A stretch of 64,000 nucleotides of DNA from Thermodesulfobium acidiphilum (GCF_003057965.1 NZ_CP020921.1:1-64000), one strand, 5' to 3'; shown: positions 30,820 to 42,665, numbered from the stretch's first letter. Notes: generated by a model from the letters alone, not told the origin. Program-made: numbers and translations.

Positions 30820-31611
30820 TTGAAGATTGCTGTAGCTGGTAAAGGCGGGGTAGGGAAGACTACTGTTTGTGCGTGGTTTGCTGATTATCTCTCTCGGCAG
30901 GGAAAAGATGTGCTCTTGATAGATGCCGATTCAAATGCGACACTTGGTCTTGCTTTAGGGTTTTCTGAAGGTCAATTGCCAATTCCTATATCAGAAGAGT
31001 TAGAGTTGATTAATTCCAGAGTGGGGAGCGGTATTATAAATCTAAATCCAAAAGTAGAGGATATCCCTGAAAGATACTGTGTTACAAAAGACAATATTAA
31101 GTTATTGATACTTGGTGGAATAAAGGCAGCAGGTAGTGGATGTTCTTGTAGTGCTAATGCTTTTCTCAAAGCCCTTCTCGCGCACATATTGCTCGAGAGA
31201 GACGAAATAATTTTGGTAGATCTGGAGGGGGGGATCGAACATTTAGGTAGAGGTACAGTAGAGGGTATGGATGCTTTAATAGTTGTTAGTGAACCAACAT
31301 TTATAAGTTTTAAGACAGCAAAAAGTATATCTTTAATGGCATCTGAACTTGGATTAACAAAAAAATTTCTTATCTTTAATAAAGTATCTCAGGTCAATCT
31401 TAAGTTTGATGCTTTTGATTACTTTGATAGAGTAAATTATATAGATTTTCTTCCAGATCTTGTAAGAGTCAGCGTTTCCAATTCGTGTATCTTAGATATT
31501 GAGCAAAGAAAATATTGCGATACTGTTTTTTCTGATATATTTAAATTTTTGAATAAGGAGGACCAAAATGGCAAGAAGCCAGGAAGAGATCGAAGAGTTA
31601 AGTATCTGTAA
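30820..31611 (+). CDS. cooC: CO dehydrogenase nickel-insertion ATPase CooC
   Basis: Deviant Walker A GKGGVGKTT, Ni-binding CxC (GCSC), GIEHLGRG; adjacent to cooS. Confidence 0.93.
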   Translation: MKIAVAGKGGVGKTTVCAWFADYLSRQGKDVLLIDADSNATLGLALGFSEGQLPIPISEELELINSRVGSGIINLNPKVEDIPERYCVTKDNIKLLILGGIKAAGSGCSCSANAFLKALLAHILLERDEIILVDLEGGIEHLGRGTVEGMDALIVVSEPTFISFKTAKSISLMASELGLTKKFLIFNKVSQVNLKFDAFDYFDRVNYIDFLPDLVRVSVSNSCILDIEQRKYCDTVFSDIFKFLNKEDQNGKKPGRDRRVKYL

Positions 31612-33451
31612 AGATGCTCAGATTATGATCGAAAAGGCCGAAAAGGACGGCGTTGTTACTGTTTGGGATAGGTTTAAAGCTCAGCAACCACAGTGTACAT
31701 TTTGTAAGCAGGGCCTTTCATGTAGAAATTGCTCTATGGGGCCCTGTAGAATAGTACCTGGTAAAGCAAGAAGTCTTGGCGTATGTGGTGCTAATGCAGA
31801 TACAATTGTGGCGAGAAATTTTGGCAGGGGCGTTGCAGCTGGCGCTGCGGCTCACTCTGATCATGGAAGGGATCTACTCGAAACCCTTGATGCGGTTGCA
31901 AACTCAGAAACGCAAAGCTATGAGATTAGAGATGTAGATAAGCTTCTAAGGATAGCCAAGGAATTAGGCATTAATACGGAGGGGAAAGAGACTCTGCAAG
32001 TAGCAAAGGATCTATCCAGCACACTTTTTGATGAGTTTGGTATAAAGAAGGGTAATATTGGGTTTACTATGAGGGTGCCAGAGGTAAGGAGAAAGCTTTG
32101 GGAATCCCTGACTATATCGCCAAGAGGCGTTGATCGTGAAGTGGTAGAAATGATGCACAGAACTCATATGGGAGTAGATCAAGATCCTGTAAGTTTGCTC
32201 TTACATGCGGCAAGAGTATCGCTGTCTGATGGTTGGGGCGGTTCAATGGTTGCAACAGAGCTATCTGATATCCTTTTTGGCACCCCTAAGCCTGTAGAGT
32301 CAAAAGTTAACCTGGGAGTTCTTAAAGAAGACGAAATCAATATACTCGTTCATGGGCACAGCCCTATAGTTTCAGAGGCAGTCTTAACTGCAGTTAGGGA
32401 TAAAAATAACATTGAGAGGGCAAGGGCTGCAGGCGCAAAGGGTATAAATCTGGCAGGTCTTTGCTGCACTGGCAACGAGCTTTTAATGAGACAGGGTATA
32501 CCGATGGCTGGAAATCACCTTATGACAGAGTTGGCTATCGCTACAGGCGTCGTAGAATTAGTCATAGTAGATTATCAGTGTATAATGCCAGGCCTGATAC
32601 CCGCTATGAATTGTTATCATACCAAAATGGTTACTACCTCTCCAAAGGCGAAATTTCCAGGAGCTGAGCATGTAGAGTTTAGCGTAAAGAACGCTCGAAC
32701 GCAGGCGCAAAAGCTCGTTGAAATGGCAATTGAGCTCTATAAGAAGAGGGATAAAAACAGAGTCTTAATTCCTGTTGAACCTGTTTCAATGATGAGCGGT
32801 TTTTCAAACGAGGCAATATTGGAGGCTTTAGGCGGTTCCCTTGCTCCACTTCTTGATGCTATAAAGTCAGGGAAAATAAGAGGAGTTGCAGGGCTTGTTG
32901 GATGTAATAATCCGAGAAGGAAACACGATTATTGTCACGTAACTCTTACAAAGGAATTAATAAAAAATGATATTCTGGTTTTAGGAACGGGCTGTTCTGC
33001 TGTAGCTATGGGAAAAGCAGGACTTTATATGCCTGAAGCAGCATCACTTGCTGGTACTGGTTTGAGCTCAGTCTGTAAGGCTCTTAATATACCTCCTGCA
33101 CTTCATGTGGGAAGCTGCGTAGACAATTCAAGAATATTGCACCTTTGCGGTTTGGTGGCAAAAGAGCTTGGCGTCGATATCTCTGATCTTCCCGTGGCAG
33201 GATCAGCGCCTGAGTGGTATTCGGAAAAGGCACTCTCTATTGGGCTTTATTTTGTAGCAAGCGGTGTTTATACTGTCTTAGGAGTGACTCCAAACATTAC
33301 TGGAAGCAAACTCGTCACGGATCTGGCACTTAATGGCTTGACTAACGTAGTCGGTGCCTGTTTTGCAGTGGATACTGATCCGCATAAGATGGCAGAACTG
33401 ATGATTAATCACATAAACAAGAAGAGAAAGAAGCTTAATCTTCCTGTATAA
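31568..33451 (+). CDS. cooS: Anaerobic Ni,Fe carbon monoxide dehydrogenase catalytic subunit
   Basis: B-cluster CRNCSMGPC..CGA; HSDH relay; C-cluster HGH, CCTG, QC, GCNN, TGC, GSCVD; SEKA Lys. Confidence 0.97.
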   Translation: MARSQEEIEELSICKDAQIMIEKAEKDGVVTVWDRFKAQQPQCTFCKQGLSCRNCSMGPCRIVPGKARSLGVCGANADTIVARNFGRGVAAGAAAHSDHGRDLLETLDAVANSETQSYEIRDVDKLLRIAKELGINTEGKETLQVAKDLSSTLFDEFGIKKGNIGFTMRVPEVRRKLWESLTISPRGVDREVVEMMHRTHMGVDQDPVSLLLHAARVSLSDGWGGSMVATELSDILFGTPKPVESKVNLGVLKEDEINILVHGHSPIVSEAVLTAVRDKNNIERARAAGAKGINLAGLCCTGNELLMRQGIPMAGNHLMTELAIATGVVELVIVDYQCIMPGLIPAMNCYHTKMVTTSPKAKFPGAEHVEFSVKNARTQAQKLVEMAIELYKKRDKNRVLIPVEPVSMMSGFSNEAILEALGGSLAPLLDAIKSGKIRGVAGLVGCNNPRRKHDYCHVTLTKELIKNDILVLGTGCSAVAMGKAGLYMPEAASLAGTGLSSVCKALNIPPALHVGSCVDNSRILHLCGLVAKELGVDISDLPVAGSAPEWYSEKALSIGLYFVASGVYTVLGVTPNITGSKLVTDLALNGLTNVVGACFAVDTDPHKMAELMINHINKKRKKLNLPV

Positions 33452-33461
33452 ATTTTATAAA

Positions 33462-33495
33462 TTATAAAAAGGCCACTTTAGTGGCTTTTTTATAA
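33462..33495. terminator. Intrinsic terminator after cooS
   Basis: TTATAAAAAGGCCAC-TTTA-GTGGCTTTTTTATAA hairpin with A/T tracts. Confidence 0.85.
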
Positions 33496-33545
33496 GTCTA
33501 ATAATTAAGTTTATAAATAAACTATCCTATTTAAGGAGATTAATT

Positions 33546-33977
33546 ATGGGAAAAATATTGTCTATAAATGTTAGCAAGAAAAAGGGCGATATTAAAAAAC
33601 CAGTTAATGAAGTTTTATTGGTAAAAAATTTTGGGATTAAAGGCGATGCACATTTTGGCTTTGGTCACAGACAAGTTAGCCTTTTAAGCATATTTAGTCT
33701 AGATAGAGCTAGAGAAAAAAATAAGGACTTGAATTTTGGAGATTTTGCAGAAAATTTTACTGTTGATATAGATCTAAGCACACTTACAATAGGAACAAAA
33801 TTGAAATTGGGCAATTCTATAATATCTATTAGTCAAATTGGAAAAGAGTGCCACACAAAGTGTGCAATCTATAATAGAATAGGTGACTGCATAATGCCAA
33901 AGGAGGGTTATTTTGCATCGGTAGAAGAGGGAGGTATAGTAAGAGTTGGTGATACAATTGAAATATTGTTAAATTAA
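33546..33977 (+). CDS. MOSC domain protein
   Basis: GIKGDAH, RQVSLL, GDFAEN, QIGKECH..C, CIMPKEG. Confidence 0.9.
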   Translation: MGKILSINVSKKKGDIKKPVNEVLLVKNFGIKGDAHFGFGHRQVSLLSIFSLDRAREKNKDLNFGDFAENFTVDIDLSTLTIGTKLKLGNSIISISQIGKECHTKCAIYNRIGDCIMPKEGYFASVEEGGIVRVGDTIEILLN

Positions 33978-33996
33978 GATAATCTAGAGGCAAGTA

Positions 33997-34532
33997 ATGC
34001 TTGACGTTGCAATTAATAACTGTTTTATACCAGACTTTGAAAGAAATATATTTATTAAAGCCTCTGTTGGCATAAGAGAAAATCTAATTTCATATAACAC
34101 TCTTAATCATTATGGCTTAAATATTTACTCTCAAGTCAAAGAGGGAAGTTTCGCCAACCTTGTTTTATTTAAGGATTTTAAAGAATTTGAGATTTGTAAG
34201 GTAATAGTTAACGGTAAAATAATAGACAATTTTAATACAAAGCAAAAAAGATTTTCAAAAGCATTTCTTAACTCCTTAGAGGGGGGGCTTGTATACTTTG
34301 ATGGAGAATATTTTACACAAGTAGTATTGCCTCTTGCTGGTATATTATCAAACTTAGATGAAGACAATTTAATTTCTGAATTGGGCAGGTTGAACGCTAT
34401 TGTTAAAAAAAATGGCTGTAAGCTAAGCGAGATCTGTTTGGCACGCTAAGCTTTATGGCGCTTGAAGTAATTGATCATGTAAAGCTCACTGTCAATGGGC
34501 TTTTTAATGCCGATAAGTTTGAGCTTATTTAA
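33997..34532 (+). pseudogene. Adenine deaminase remnant (internal deletions plus frameshift)
   Basis: AdeC-like N-terminus, G.FANLVL..KVIVNGK, LPLAGILS; after shift near 34430 reads DLFGTLSFMALEVIDHVKLTVNGLFNADKFELI*; no HxH metal motif. Confidence 0.8.
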
Positions 34533-35379
34533 CCCTTTCCCAATAAACCCTTGCGTTTTCTAAAAAGAAGTCAACCTTATTTACCCTGGTAAGAGCGCTC
34601 AGGTGGCTCTTTATAACAGTTACTGCAATCCAATACTGAGCAAGAGAATTGTCTATTTCAAGTGATGATAAGACGTCTGATATTATCTCTTCAGTTGAGC
34701 AGGGAGATTCCAAAAGCTTTAGGATAAGGTCATCTATCTCGTTAATCTTCTCTATATGATATTCTATCTCTTCTGTTGCCTCCCTTTTAGACAGGATCTT
34801 GCCATGACCTGGAACAAGGTAATCAAATTCAATGCTGCCGATTCTCTTAAGAGACTGTTTTACTAGTAAAGGGTCGATGGAATATGGCAATGGAAATGTT
34901 TTCCACAGTTCCTTTGTGTATAGCGCATCGCCTGTGAAAAAAATTTTATCGGATGTAAGATAGCCCACCTGAGATATAGAATGGCCTGGCAGGGGGACTA
35001 CTGTAATTCCTGGATAAAAAAAGTTCTCGCTGTATATATCGACTTTGCATGGAATGCCTTTCATAAGAGAGCTGACCATTGCATCGGGAGGTATGGCCCA
35101 GCTAAAAGTTGCCCTTACGTTTATTTCCGGATTTTCTACGAAGATACACTCTTCTTTGGGGGCCACTACCTTTGTTCCTTTTCCTCTAAATAAAAAGGCC
35201 ATTCTGAAGTGATCTGCGTGTCCATGAGTTAAAAGCAAATATTGTGGGTTTATCTTTTTGTGATTGTGCATCTCCCATGGAGTATCTATCATGCAGTTTT
35301 CATAAAATCCACAGTTTACAGGACCCCGTATGTATGATGTCTTTCCTTTAATCGTTTCTATAAGAAATTTCTCATCCAT
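34525..35379 (-). CDS. Metallo-beta-lactamase-fold hydrolase
   Basis: THGHADH, PGHS, FTGDA, PGHG. Confidence 0.9.
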   Translation of the reverse strand: MDEKFLIETIKGKTSYIRGPVNCGFYENCMIDTPWEMHNHKKINPQYLLLTHGHADHFRMAFLFRGKGTKVVAPKEECIFVENPEINVRATFSWAIPPDAMVSSLMKGIPCKVDIYSENFFYPGITVVPLPGHSISQVGYLTSDKIFFTGDALYTKELWKTFPLPYSIDPLLVKQSLKRIGSIEFDYLVPGHGKILSKREATEEIEYHIEKINEIDDLILKLLESPCSTEEIISDVLSSLEIDNSLAQYWIAVTVIKSHLSALTRVNKVDFFLENARVYWERVK

Positions 35380-35385
35380 TTTTTT

Positions 35386-35394
35386 ATTATATCA
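35386..35394 (-). promoter_or_regulatory. Extended -10 promoter placed for a leaderless transcript
   Basis: Minus strand reads TGATATAAT-AAAAAA-ATG with no Shine-Dalgarno. Confidence 0.7.
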
Positions 35395-35397
35395 AAT

Positions 35398-35887
35398 ATG
35401 GAAGATCCTAACTCTTCTTGTCAGATAAGGTTATTGAGACCTTTAGCGCAAAAAGAGTCAGCATCCTGGTCGGGACCATGTGAAAACGGTTTAACGAATG
35501 GCGAAGGAATCTTTATTATTTATGACAAAAATGGAAACGAATTTTATAAGTATTCTGGGTTTATAAAAAACGGTGTGCGAGAAGGGTATGCAACAATTGA
35601 GACTCCAAACTATAAAACTATAAATATGAAGGAAATTTAAAAGACTGCGTTTTTGACGGCTTTGGCAAGGTCGAATATTTGAACAAAAATTCAAACGTTG
35701 TTTTATATGAAGGTGAGTTTAAAAGAGGCTTTTACAACGGAAAGGGTTCGATAAAATATAAAGATGGCAGCGTTTATACGGGCGAGTTTAAAATGGTTTA
35801 AGAGATGGCTATGGAACCTTTAGGAACTCTAAGGGTAAAATTATTTATGAGGGTTTTTGGAAAGAGAACGTGTTTTTAGGCAAATAA
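35398..35887 (+). pseudogene. MORN-repeat protein pseudogene (two frameshifts)
   Basis: MORN motifs continue across three frame segments; 8-bp duplication 35607-35622; missing A at 35790-35793; stop 35885-35887. Confidence 0.85.
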
Positions 35888-35936
35888 AAGTTTGCAATAT
35901 TGACTTTGCACAGAAATATTTTTGGTTGCTTAAAAG

Positions 35937-36767
35937 TTATGAGTGCTCAATTTCAAAGTTTATCTTTTTTATAACGTCTTTGTAAAAATCATTGGGTGTA
36001 ACGCTAAATACCTCAGTAAAGGCTCTGCTCCAGGATACGTTTTCGTGCATAAGTCTATATGCTTCTTGAATTTTCGAAAAATTATCCACTGCTAAGTGAA
36101 GAACCATAAGAGTGGCAAGAGAGTATACAGGAACTTTTTTGACATGCAATCTCTCCAGGTAATTTCATTTAAAGTTTCTGGGTTTGGCAAAGAGTTATTG
36201 GTTAACTTTACGTACACGTTCAGTCTTGCAAGCGGGCCTTGAAACGCTATCTCTTTTGAAATAACACCAGCTTTTACTTGGGCAATGTACCTGAATGCTT
36301 CTGCGGTTCCCTCTTCAAACCATATTGGCACATTTGTTTGTTTTCCATACTGTCTGAATCTGGTGAAAGATCTCGTGCGGAAGGCCCCGAATGCTTCTAC
36401 TTTATACTTGCCAAGCCTATCAGAGCTTCTGATTATAACGATAGGCTCTTTTGTGGAGCTTTCCCCTCCTGTTATGCTTGCTTCCTTTTCTGCTAAGGCC
36501 TCTGAATAATGAAAGTACTCAATTAAAGCATTTTTATAGTCTTCTTTACCACTTGTTAAGACAACATTTATTCTGTCGTTCAATACTAGCCATAATCCTT
36601 GATAATCTCGCTGGTGATATTAAGTGCTGAATTTATATTATCAATTTATTTATAATTGACTCCAGATCTTATTATCAAATGGAAAATATCAGCTCTTGCT
36701 ATTCCATTAAGAGGAGTAAATAATAGAAAAATAAAGAAGAGTATTGCAAAAAAATATGTCTTTTCAT
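35937..36767 (-). pseudogene. Secreted zinc metallopeptidase (gluzincin/MA-like) pseudogene
   Basis: AAGGAG RBS and ATG at 36767, frameshifted signal peptide, HEIFH at 36377-36363 in a different frame from PIWFEEGTAE, C-terminus in a further segment. Confidence 0.72.
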
Positions 36768-36912
36768 ATTCTCTCCTTAAATAAAGAATTTGGTGTATGC
36801 ATATTATATACCTAAAGATTTAATAACTTAATAAATCAAGTGTATAAATTTGGTTTTAAATTTCTATACCTTTTTGCTATATAATACGTAATACTAATTT
36901 TCAAGGGAGGTT

Positions 36913-38214
36913 TTGGTGTTGGACAGAAGTCAATTGGATGATATGTTAAAAAGAACATTGAGTAGAAGGTATTTCAACGTCATTTTACCATTGTTTATTG
37001 CTTCTGTATTGGCGTTTCTAGATCGTCTCAATTTGAGTTACGCTGCACTAACTATGAATAAGGCTTTAGGTTTTTCACCTGAGGTTTTCGGCTTTGGTGC
37101 GGGTATTCTGTTTTGGGGATATATAATTTTTGAAGTTCCTGGTGCAATATTTGCAGCAAAGTGGAGCGCGTCAAAATGGATTGTAAGAATTCTTATCACC
37201 TGGAGTATAGCTACGACTTTGATGATGTTTGTTAGGACTCCGATTGAATTTTATATTATTAGGTTTTTAATAGGGGCTGCTGAAGCAAGCTTTTATCCAG
37301 TGTGTTATGCCATCTTTTTTCCAAGGTGGTTTGCGCCAAATGAAAGAGCCAGAGCAATTTCTATTATGCTCACCTCTCTACTGGTTGCAAGTATTATTGG
37401 ATCTCCATTAGCGGGCATTATAATTGGGACATCAATGTTTAATTTAGTTGGATGGCAGCTTTTATTTCTTGTAGAGGGTTGCTTGTCGCTTCTTCTTGGT
37501 ATAGTTTTATGGTTTTGGCTCAAAGATTGGCCTAAAGATGTAAGTTGGTTAACAGATGAAGAAAAACTTCTATTTTCTGATCTTTATCAGCATGAAATAA
37601 CCGCTAAAAACAAGGTAAGAAAATACACATTGTGGGAAGGTCTCAAAGATCCTGAGGTTCTAAAGCTTGGTTTTATATATTTCATGTGGATAGTAGGCTT
37701 TTGGGGTTTTGGATTTTGGTTGCCCACTGTTTTGAAATCGGTTTCAGGCTTATCTAACGCAAATGTTAGTTTTTTGGTTACAATACCAATGGTGCTTTCT
37801 CTAATAGGATTTTTAATTGTTGGAAATTCGTCTTCTAAAAGTGGTGAAAAGAGATATCATGTAGCACTGCCGCTATTTGTAGGAGCTATAGGTTTAGCTG
37901 GTATAGCACTAACTACTGATCCAATTTTAAACTTTGTTTTTATTAACCTTGCTGCAATAGGCGTATATAGTGGAATGGGAGTTTGGTGGTCTGTTCCTAC
38001 TACCTTTTTGTCAGAAACTGCAGCTGCAGGTGCAATTGGTTTGATTAATTCTATTGGAAATATAGGAGGATGGGTAGGTCCATTTTTAATTGGAATTATA
38101 AAAAGTTATACAGGATCGTATACACTGGCATATTTGTTTTTAGCTTTGTGTTTAATTGTATCTGGAATATTAATTTTTACTCTGTCAAAAAAACGTCCAA
38201 CTGACTACCTTTAA
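36913..38214 (+). CDS. MFS transporter, anion:cation symporter family (TtuB/RhmT-like)
   Basis: FLDRLNLSYA, GYIIFEVP, RFLIGAAEA, GLINSIGNIGG. Confidence 0.92.
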   Translation: MVLDRSQLDDMLKRTLSRRYFNVILPLFIASVLAFLDRLNLSYAALTMNKALGFSPEVFGFGAGILFWGYIIFEVPGAIFAAKWSASKWIVRILITWSIATTLMMFVRTPIEFYIIRFLIGAAEASFYPVCYAIFFPRWFAPNERARAISIMLTSLLVASIIGSPLAGIIIGTSMFNLVGWQLLFLVEGCLSLLLGIVLWFWLKDWPKDVSWLTDEEKLLFSDLYQHEITAKNKVRKYTLWEGLKDPEVLKLGFIYFMWIVGFWGFGFWLPTVLKSVSGLSNANVSFLVTIPMVLSLIGFLIVGNSSSKSGEKRYHVALPLFVGAIGLAGIALTTDPILNFVFINLAAIGVYSGMGVWWSVPTTFLSETAAAGAIGLINSIGNIGGWVGPFLIGIIKSYTGSYTLAYLFLALCLIVSGILIFTLSKKRPTDYL

Positions 38215-38240
38215 ATCTTAAAAATATCTGTTTTTGCCTC

Positions 38241-38268
38241 TTGACATTTAATGCTTAGATAATATAAT
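38241..38268 (+). promoter_or_regulatory. Sigma-A/70 promoter of groESL
   Basis: TTGACA 38241-38246, 16-nt spacer, TATAAT 38263-38268. Confidence 0.88.
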
Positions 38269-38277
38269 ATTCTGTTG

Positions 38278-38304
38278 TTAGTATTCATCTTAAGTGAGTG
38301 CTAA
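38278..38304. promoter_or_regulatory. CIRCE element (HrcA operator)
   Basis: TTAGTATTC-N9-GAGTGCTAA versus consensus TTAGCACTC-N9-GAGTGCTAA, between promoter and groES. Confidence 0.9.
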
Positions 38305-38334
38305 CAATTGTTAAAAACTTATGGAGGTGATTCT

Positions 38335-38622
38335 ATGAATCTTAAACCATTGGGCGATCGCATAATTGTAGAGCCTGTGGAAGCTGAAGAGAAAACTTTA
38401 TCGGGTATTGTATTGCCAGACACTGCAAAAGAAAAACCACAAGAAGGAATCGTAGTAGCGGTTGGGCCAGGAAGGATTCTTGACAATGGAACGAGGGTTC
38501 CGCTGGAGGTAAAAGTAGGAGACAGAGTTGTGTTTGCCAAGTATGGTGGTACAGAGATTAAGATTAACTCAAAGGATTATCTAATCCTTTCAGAACGCGA
38601 TATATATGCTATTAAAGGATAA
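38335..38622 (+). CDS. groES: Co-chaperonin GroES
   Basis: [31 protein letters not shown] 38335 follows GGAGGTGA. Confidence 0.99.
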   Translation: MNLKPLGDRIIVEPVEAEEKTLSGIVLPDTAKEKPQEGIVVAVGPGRILDNGTRVPLEVKVGDRVVFAKYGGTEIKINSKDYLILSERDIYAIKG

Positions 38623-40272
<1,650 letters not shown>

Positions 40273-40303
40273 AAGTTGTTTGGATAGTATCTTTAATAGT
40301 GTG

Positions 40304-40332
40304 CCCCTCCAGTGATGGAGGGGTTTTTATTT
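40304..40332 (+). terminator. Intrinsic terminator after groEL
   Basis: CCCCTCCA-GTGA-TGGAGGGG followed by a T tract. Confidence 0.9.
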
Positions 40333-40478
40333 TATTTGTAAAATTTAATAACTTGTAATTGAGTTATAATGATAATAAAAAAATTTTTTTACTTTTGATA
40401 TATAATATTATTATAAAAGTAATTTATCCTAGAAATAGTTATTATTACATTATATTTTGCTTTAAAGGGGGCAAGTAG

Positions 40479-42665
40479 ATGAAAAAGTTCTTTAAATTTT
40501 TTTTAGATCTATCTTTAAGAAAGAAATTAGGGTTTTCTGTTTTTGTAAGTTTTCTTGTTTTTGGCCTATTTCTGTCGGGTGGGGGCCTGTTGCAGCTAAG
40601 AAATGCTTTCAATATCTCTGCAAACTATGACGTAAAGACCCTTTATGACGGTGCAAGCATGCTTCTTGATAGCGACATTTTAGCAGCAAAGCAGATGGCT
40701 ATATTACTTTCAAAAGAACCAGACGTAGTTTCTGCGATAAAGTCAAACAATATGGCACAACTTCAAACTATTTTGGTTAATTATGTAAAGGATCATCCAG
40801 GATTTTTTGTTACGGTTGTGAACACTCAGGGACAGGTTTTGATGAGAGGGCACGATCCTGAAAGGAGACTTGATATATTAAAAGAGGCAGTTGAAGTAGA
40901 TAAGGCTCTTAAGGGAGAGGTGGTAGCAGGAATTTCCAAAGGCAATGTTAGTGGTCTTTCTATTAGAGCGGGTGCCCCTATAAAAGACGAAACGGGTAGG
41001 ATCATTGGTGCAGTTTCGACAGGTATGATGATATCCGGATCTACCTCCATCGTGGATCAAATTAAAGAAAAGATGGGCGCAGAAGCGACGTTTTTTGATA
41101 ATGACACGCGAGTAAGCACTACTCTCACAAAACAAGATGGATCTAGGGCTATTGGAACAAAGATGGACAATCCAAAGGTCATAGATACAGTTTTAAAGGA
41201 AGGTAAACCCTTAGAGATTAGGAATACTTTATTTGGCAAACCTTACTATTCGTATTATGCTCCATTGAAAGACGTAGACGGTAAAATAATAGGGATGTTT
41301 TTTGTAGCAAAAAGTGCTGAATTTTATAATTCTCAATTGTTTAACTTCACTTTAATTCAATTTGGCCTTAATTTGCTCGCAATAATAATTGGTATGGTTC
41401 TTCTTTTGTTTGCCTTGGAAATATTCTTGATGAAGCCTATATATAAGACTGTTGACGGAATAGAGAGAATAGCAAGAGGGGATATTAGTACTAAAATGCA
41501 GCGAGTATACGAAGACGAAATGGGAACTATTGCAAAATCCATTGAAAAAATGAGGCAGAGCCTTGTAAGCATCATTTCTAACATTAACTCTTCATCAGAT
41601 GAAATTTTAAAGATCTCTGAACAACTCTTAAAAGTGTCGGATTCTGTATCATCTGCAGCAAAGGAGGCATCCAGGACTTCTGAAGGAACCGCAAAGGGCG
41701 TAGAGAACCTGTCTAATATTGCACAGAAGTTGACAAATAGCGCTCAGGTACTCATGAGGGGTATTACTGCAATTGCAAAGGGAGCAGAAGAGCAAGCTAC
41801 AAACGCCTCTTCAATTGCGGAAAGCGTTGCAAACATTGCAAAGAATACTGATACCTTTCAGAAGGCTTCGTTAGGGGTTAATAACCTTGCTAACACTGTT
41901 GATAAAAAAGCTAAAAACGGTCACGAGATACTTACAAAGAGAGAAGAATTGGCAGAGAGGATTGCAAAAGCAGTTGACGATTTGTCCAAAAATATTGGTA
42001 TTCTCGATCAAAGATCTGATGATATTGGAAAAATTGTTGACTTAATTTCAAATATAGCTGATCAGACAAATCTCTTGGCTTTAAACGCTGCTATTGAGGC
42101 AGCAAGAGCTGGAGATGCAGGAAGGGGGTTTGCTGTTGTTGCTGATGAAGTTAGAAAACTTGCAGAAGAGTCTCAGAAAGCAGCAAACGAAATAGCTAAC
42201 TTGATTAACGAAACTAGAAGAGAAACTAAAGCTGCATCAGCTTCTATGACAGAGGCGCTCTCAGAAGTAGATGCTGGGAGGTCTCTGTCTTCAGAGGTTA
42301 TGGAATCCTTTAATTTGATTACTGTCAACATTGCAGGACTTTTGAAGCAGATAACAAGAGCTAGAGAGAGCGCAAATGAGGTTATAAATGGCATAAAAAA
42401 TATTGAGGCGAATGTCAGTAATCTTGCTGCTCTTTCAGAAGAGTATTCAGCTAGTGCTAATGAGATGAACGATGCTGCCCTGGAAGTTCAAAAAGAAGTT
42501 GAAAACGTTGCTGCAATTGCAGAAGAGAGTGCTGCATCTACAGAAGAAATCTGTGCCACCACTCAGGAGCAAACTGGAATGATGGAACAACTTAAGGTGA
42601 TTTCGGCTTCTCTTAAGGAAAAAGTAGAAGGACTTGATAAAGAAGTAGATAAGTTTAAACTCTAA
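40479..42665 (+). CDS. Methyl-accepting chemotaxis protein with Cache sensor and HAMP
   Basis: Two TMs, Cache-like periplasmic region, [33 protein letters not shown]. Confidence 0.97.
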   Translation: MKKFFKFFLDLSLRKKLGFSVFVSFLVFGLFLSGGGLLQLRNAFNISANYDVKTLYDGASMLLDSDILAAKQMAILLSKEPDVVSAIKSNNMAQLQTILVNYVKDHPGFFVTVVNTQGQVLMRGHDPERRLDILKEAVEVDKALKGEVVAGISKGNVSGLSIRAGAPIKDETGRIIGAVSTGMMISGSTSIVDQIKEKMGAEATFFDNDTRVSTTLTKQDGSRAIGTKMDNPKVIDTVLKEGKPLEIRNTLFGKPYYSYYAPLKDVDGKIIGMFFVAKSAEFYNSQLFNFTLIQFGLNLLAIIIGMVLLLFALEIFLMKPIYKTVDGIERIARGDISTKMQRVYEDEMGTIAKSIEKMRQSLVSIISNINSSSDEILKISEQLLKVSDSVSSAAKEASRTSEGTAKGVENLSNIAQKLTNSAQVLMRGITAIAKGAEEQATNASSIAESVANIAKNTDTFQKASLGVNNLANTVDKKAKNGHEILTKREELAERIAKAVDDLSKNIGILDQRSDDIGKIVDLISNIADQTNLLALNAAIEAARAGDAGRGFAVVADEVRKLAEESQKAANEIANLINETRRETKAASASMTEALSEVDAGRSLSSEVMESFNLITVNIAGLLKQITRARESANEVINGIKNIEANVSNLAALSEEYSASANEMNDAALEVQKEVENVAAIAEESAASTEEICATTQEQTGMMEQLKVISASLKEKVEGLDKEVDKFKL

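Noticed and set aside
36092..36583. 163-aa ORF as an independent intact gene
   Set aside because: It is one frame segment of the decayed peptidase; the HExxH motif lies in another frame
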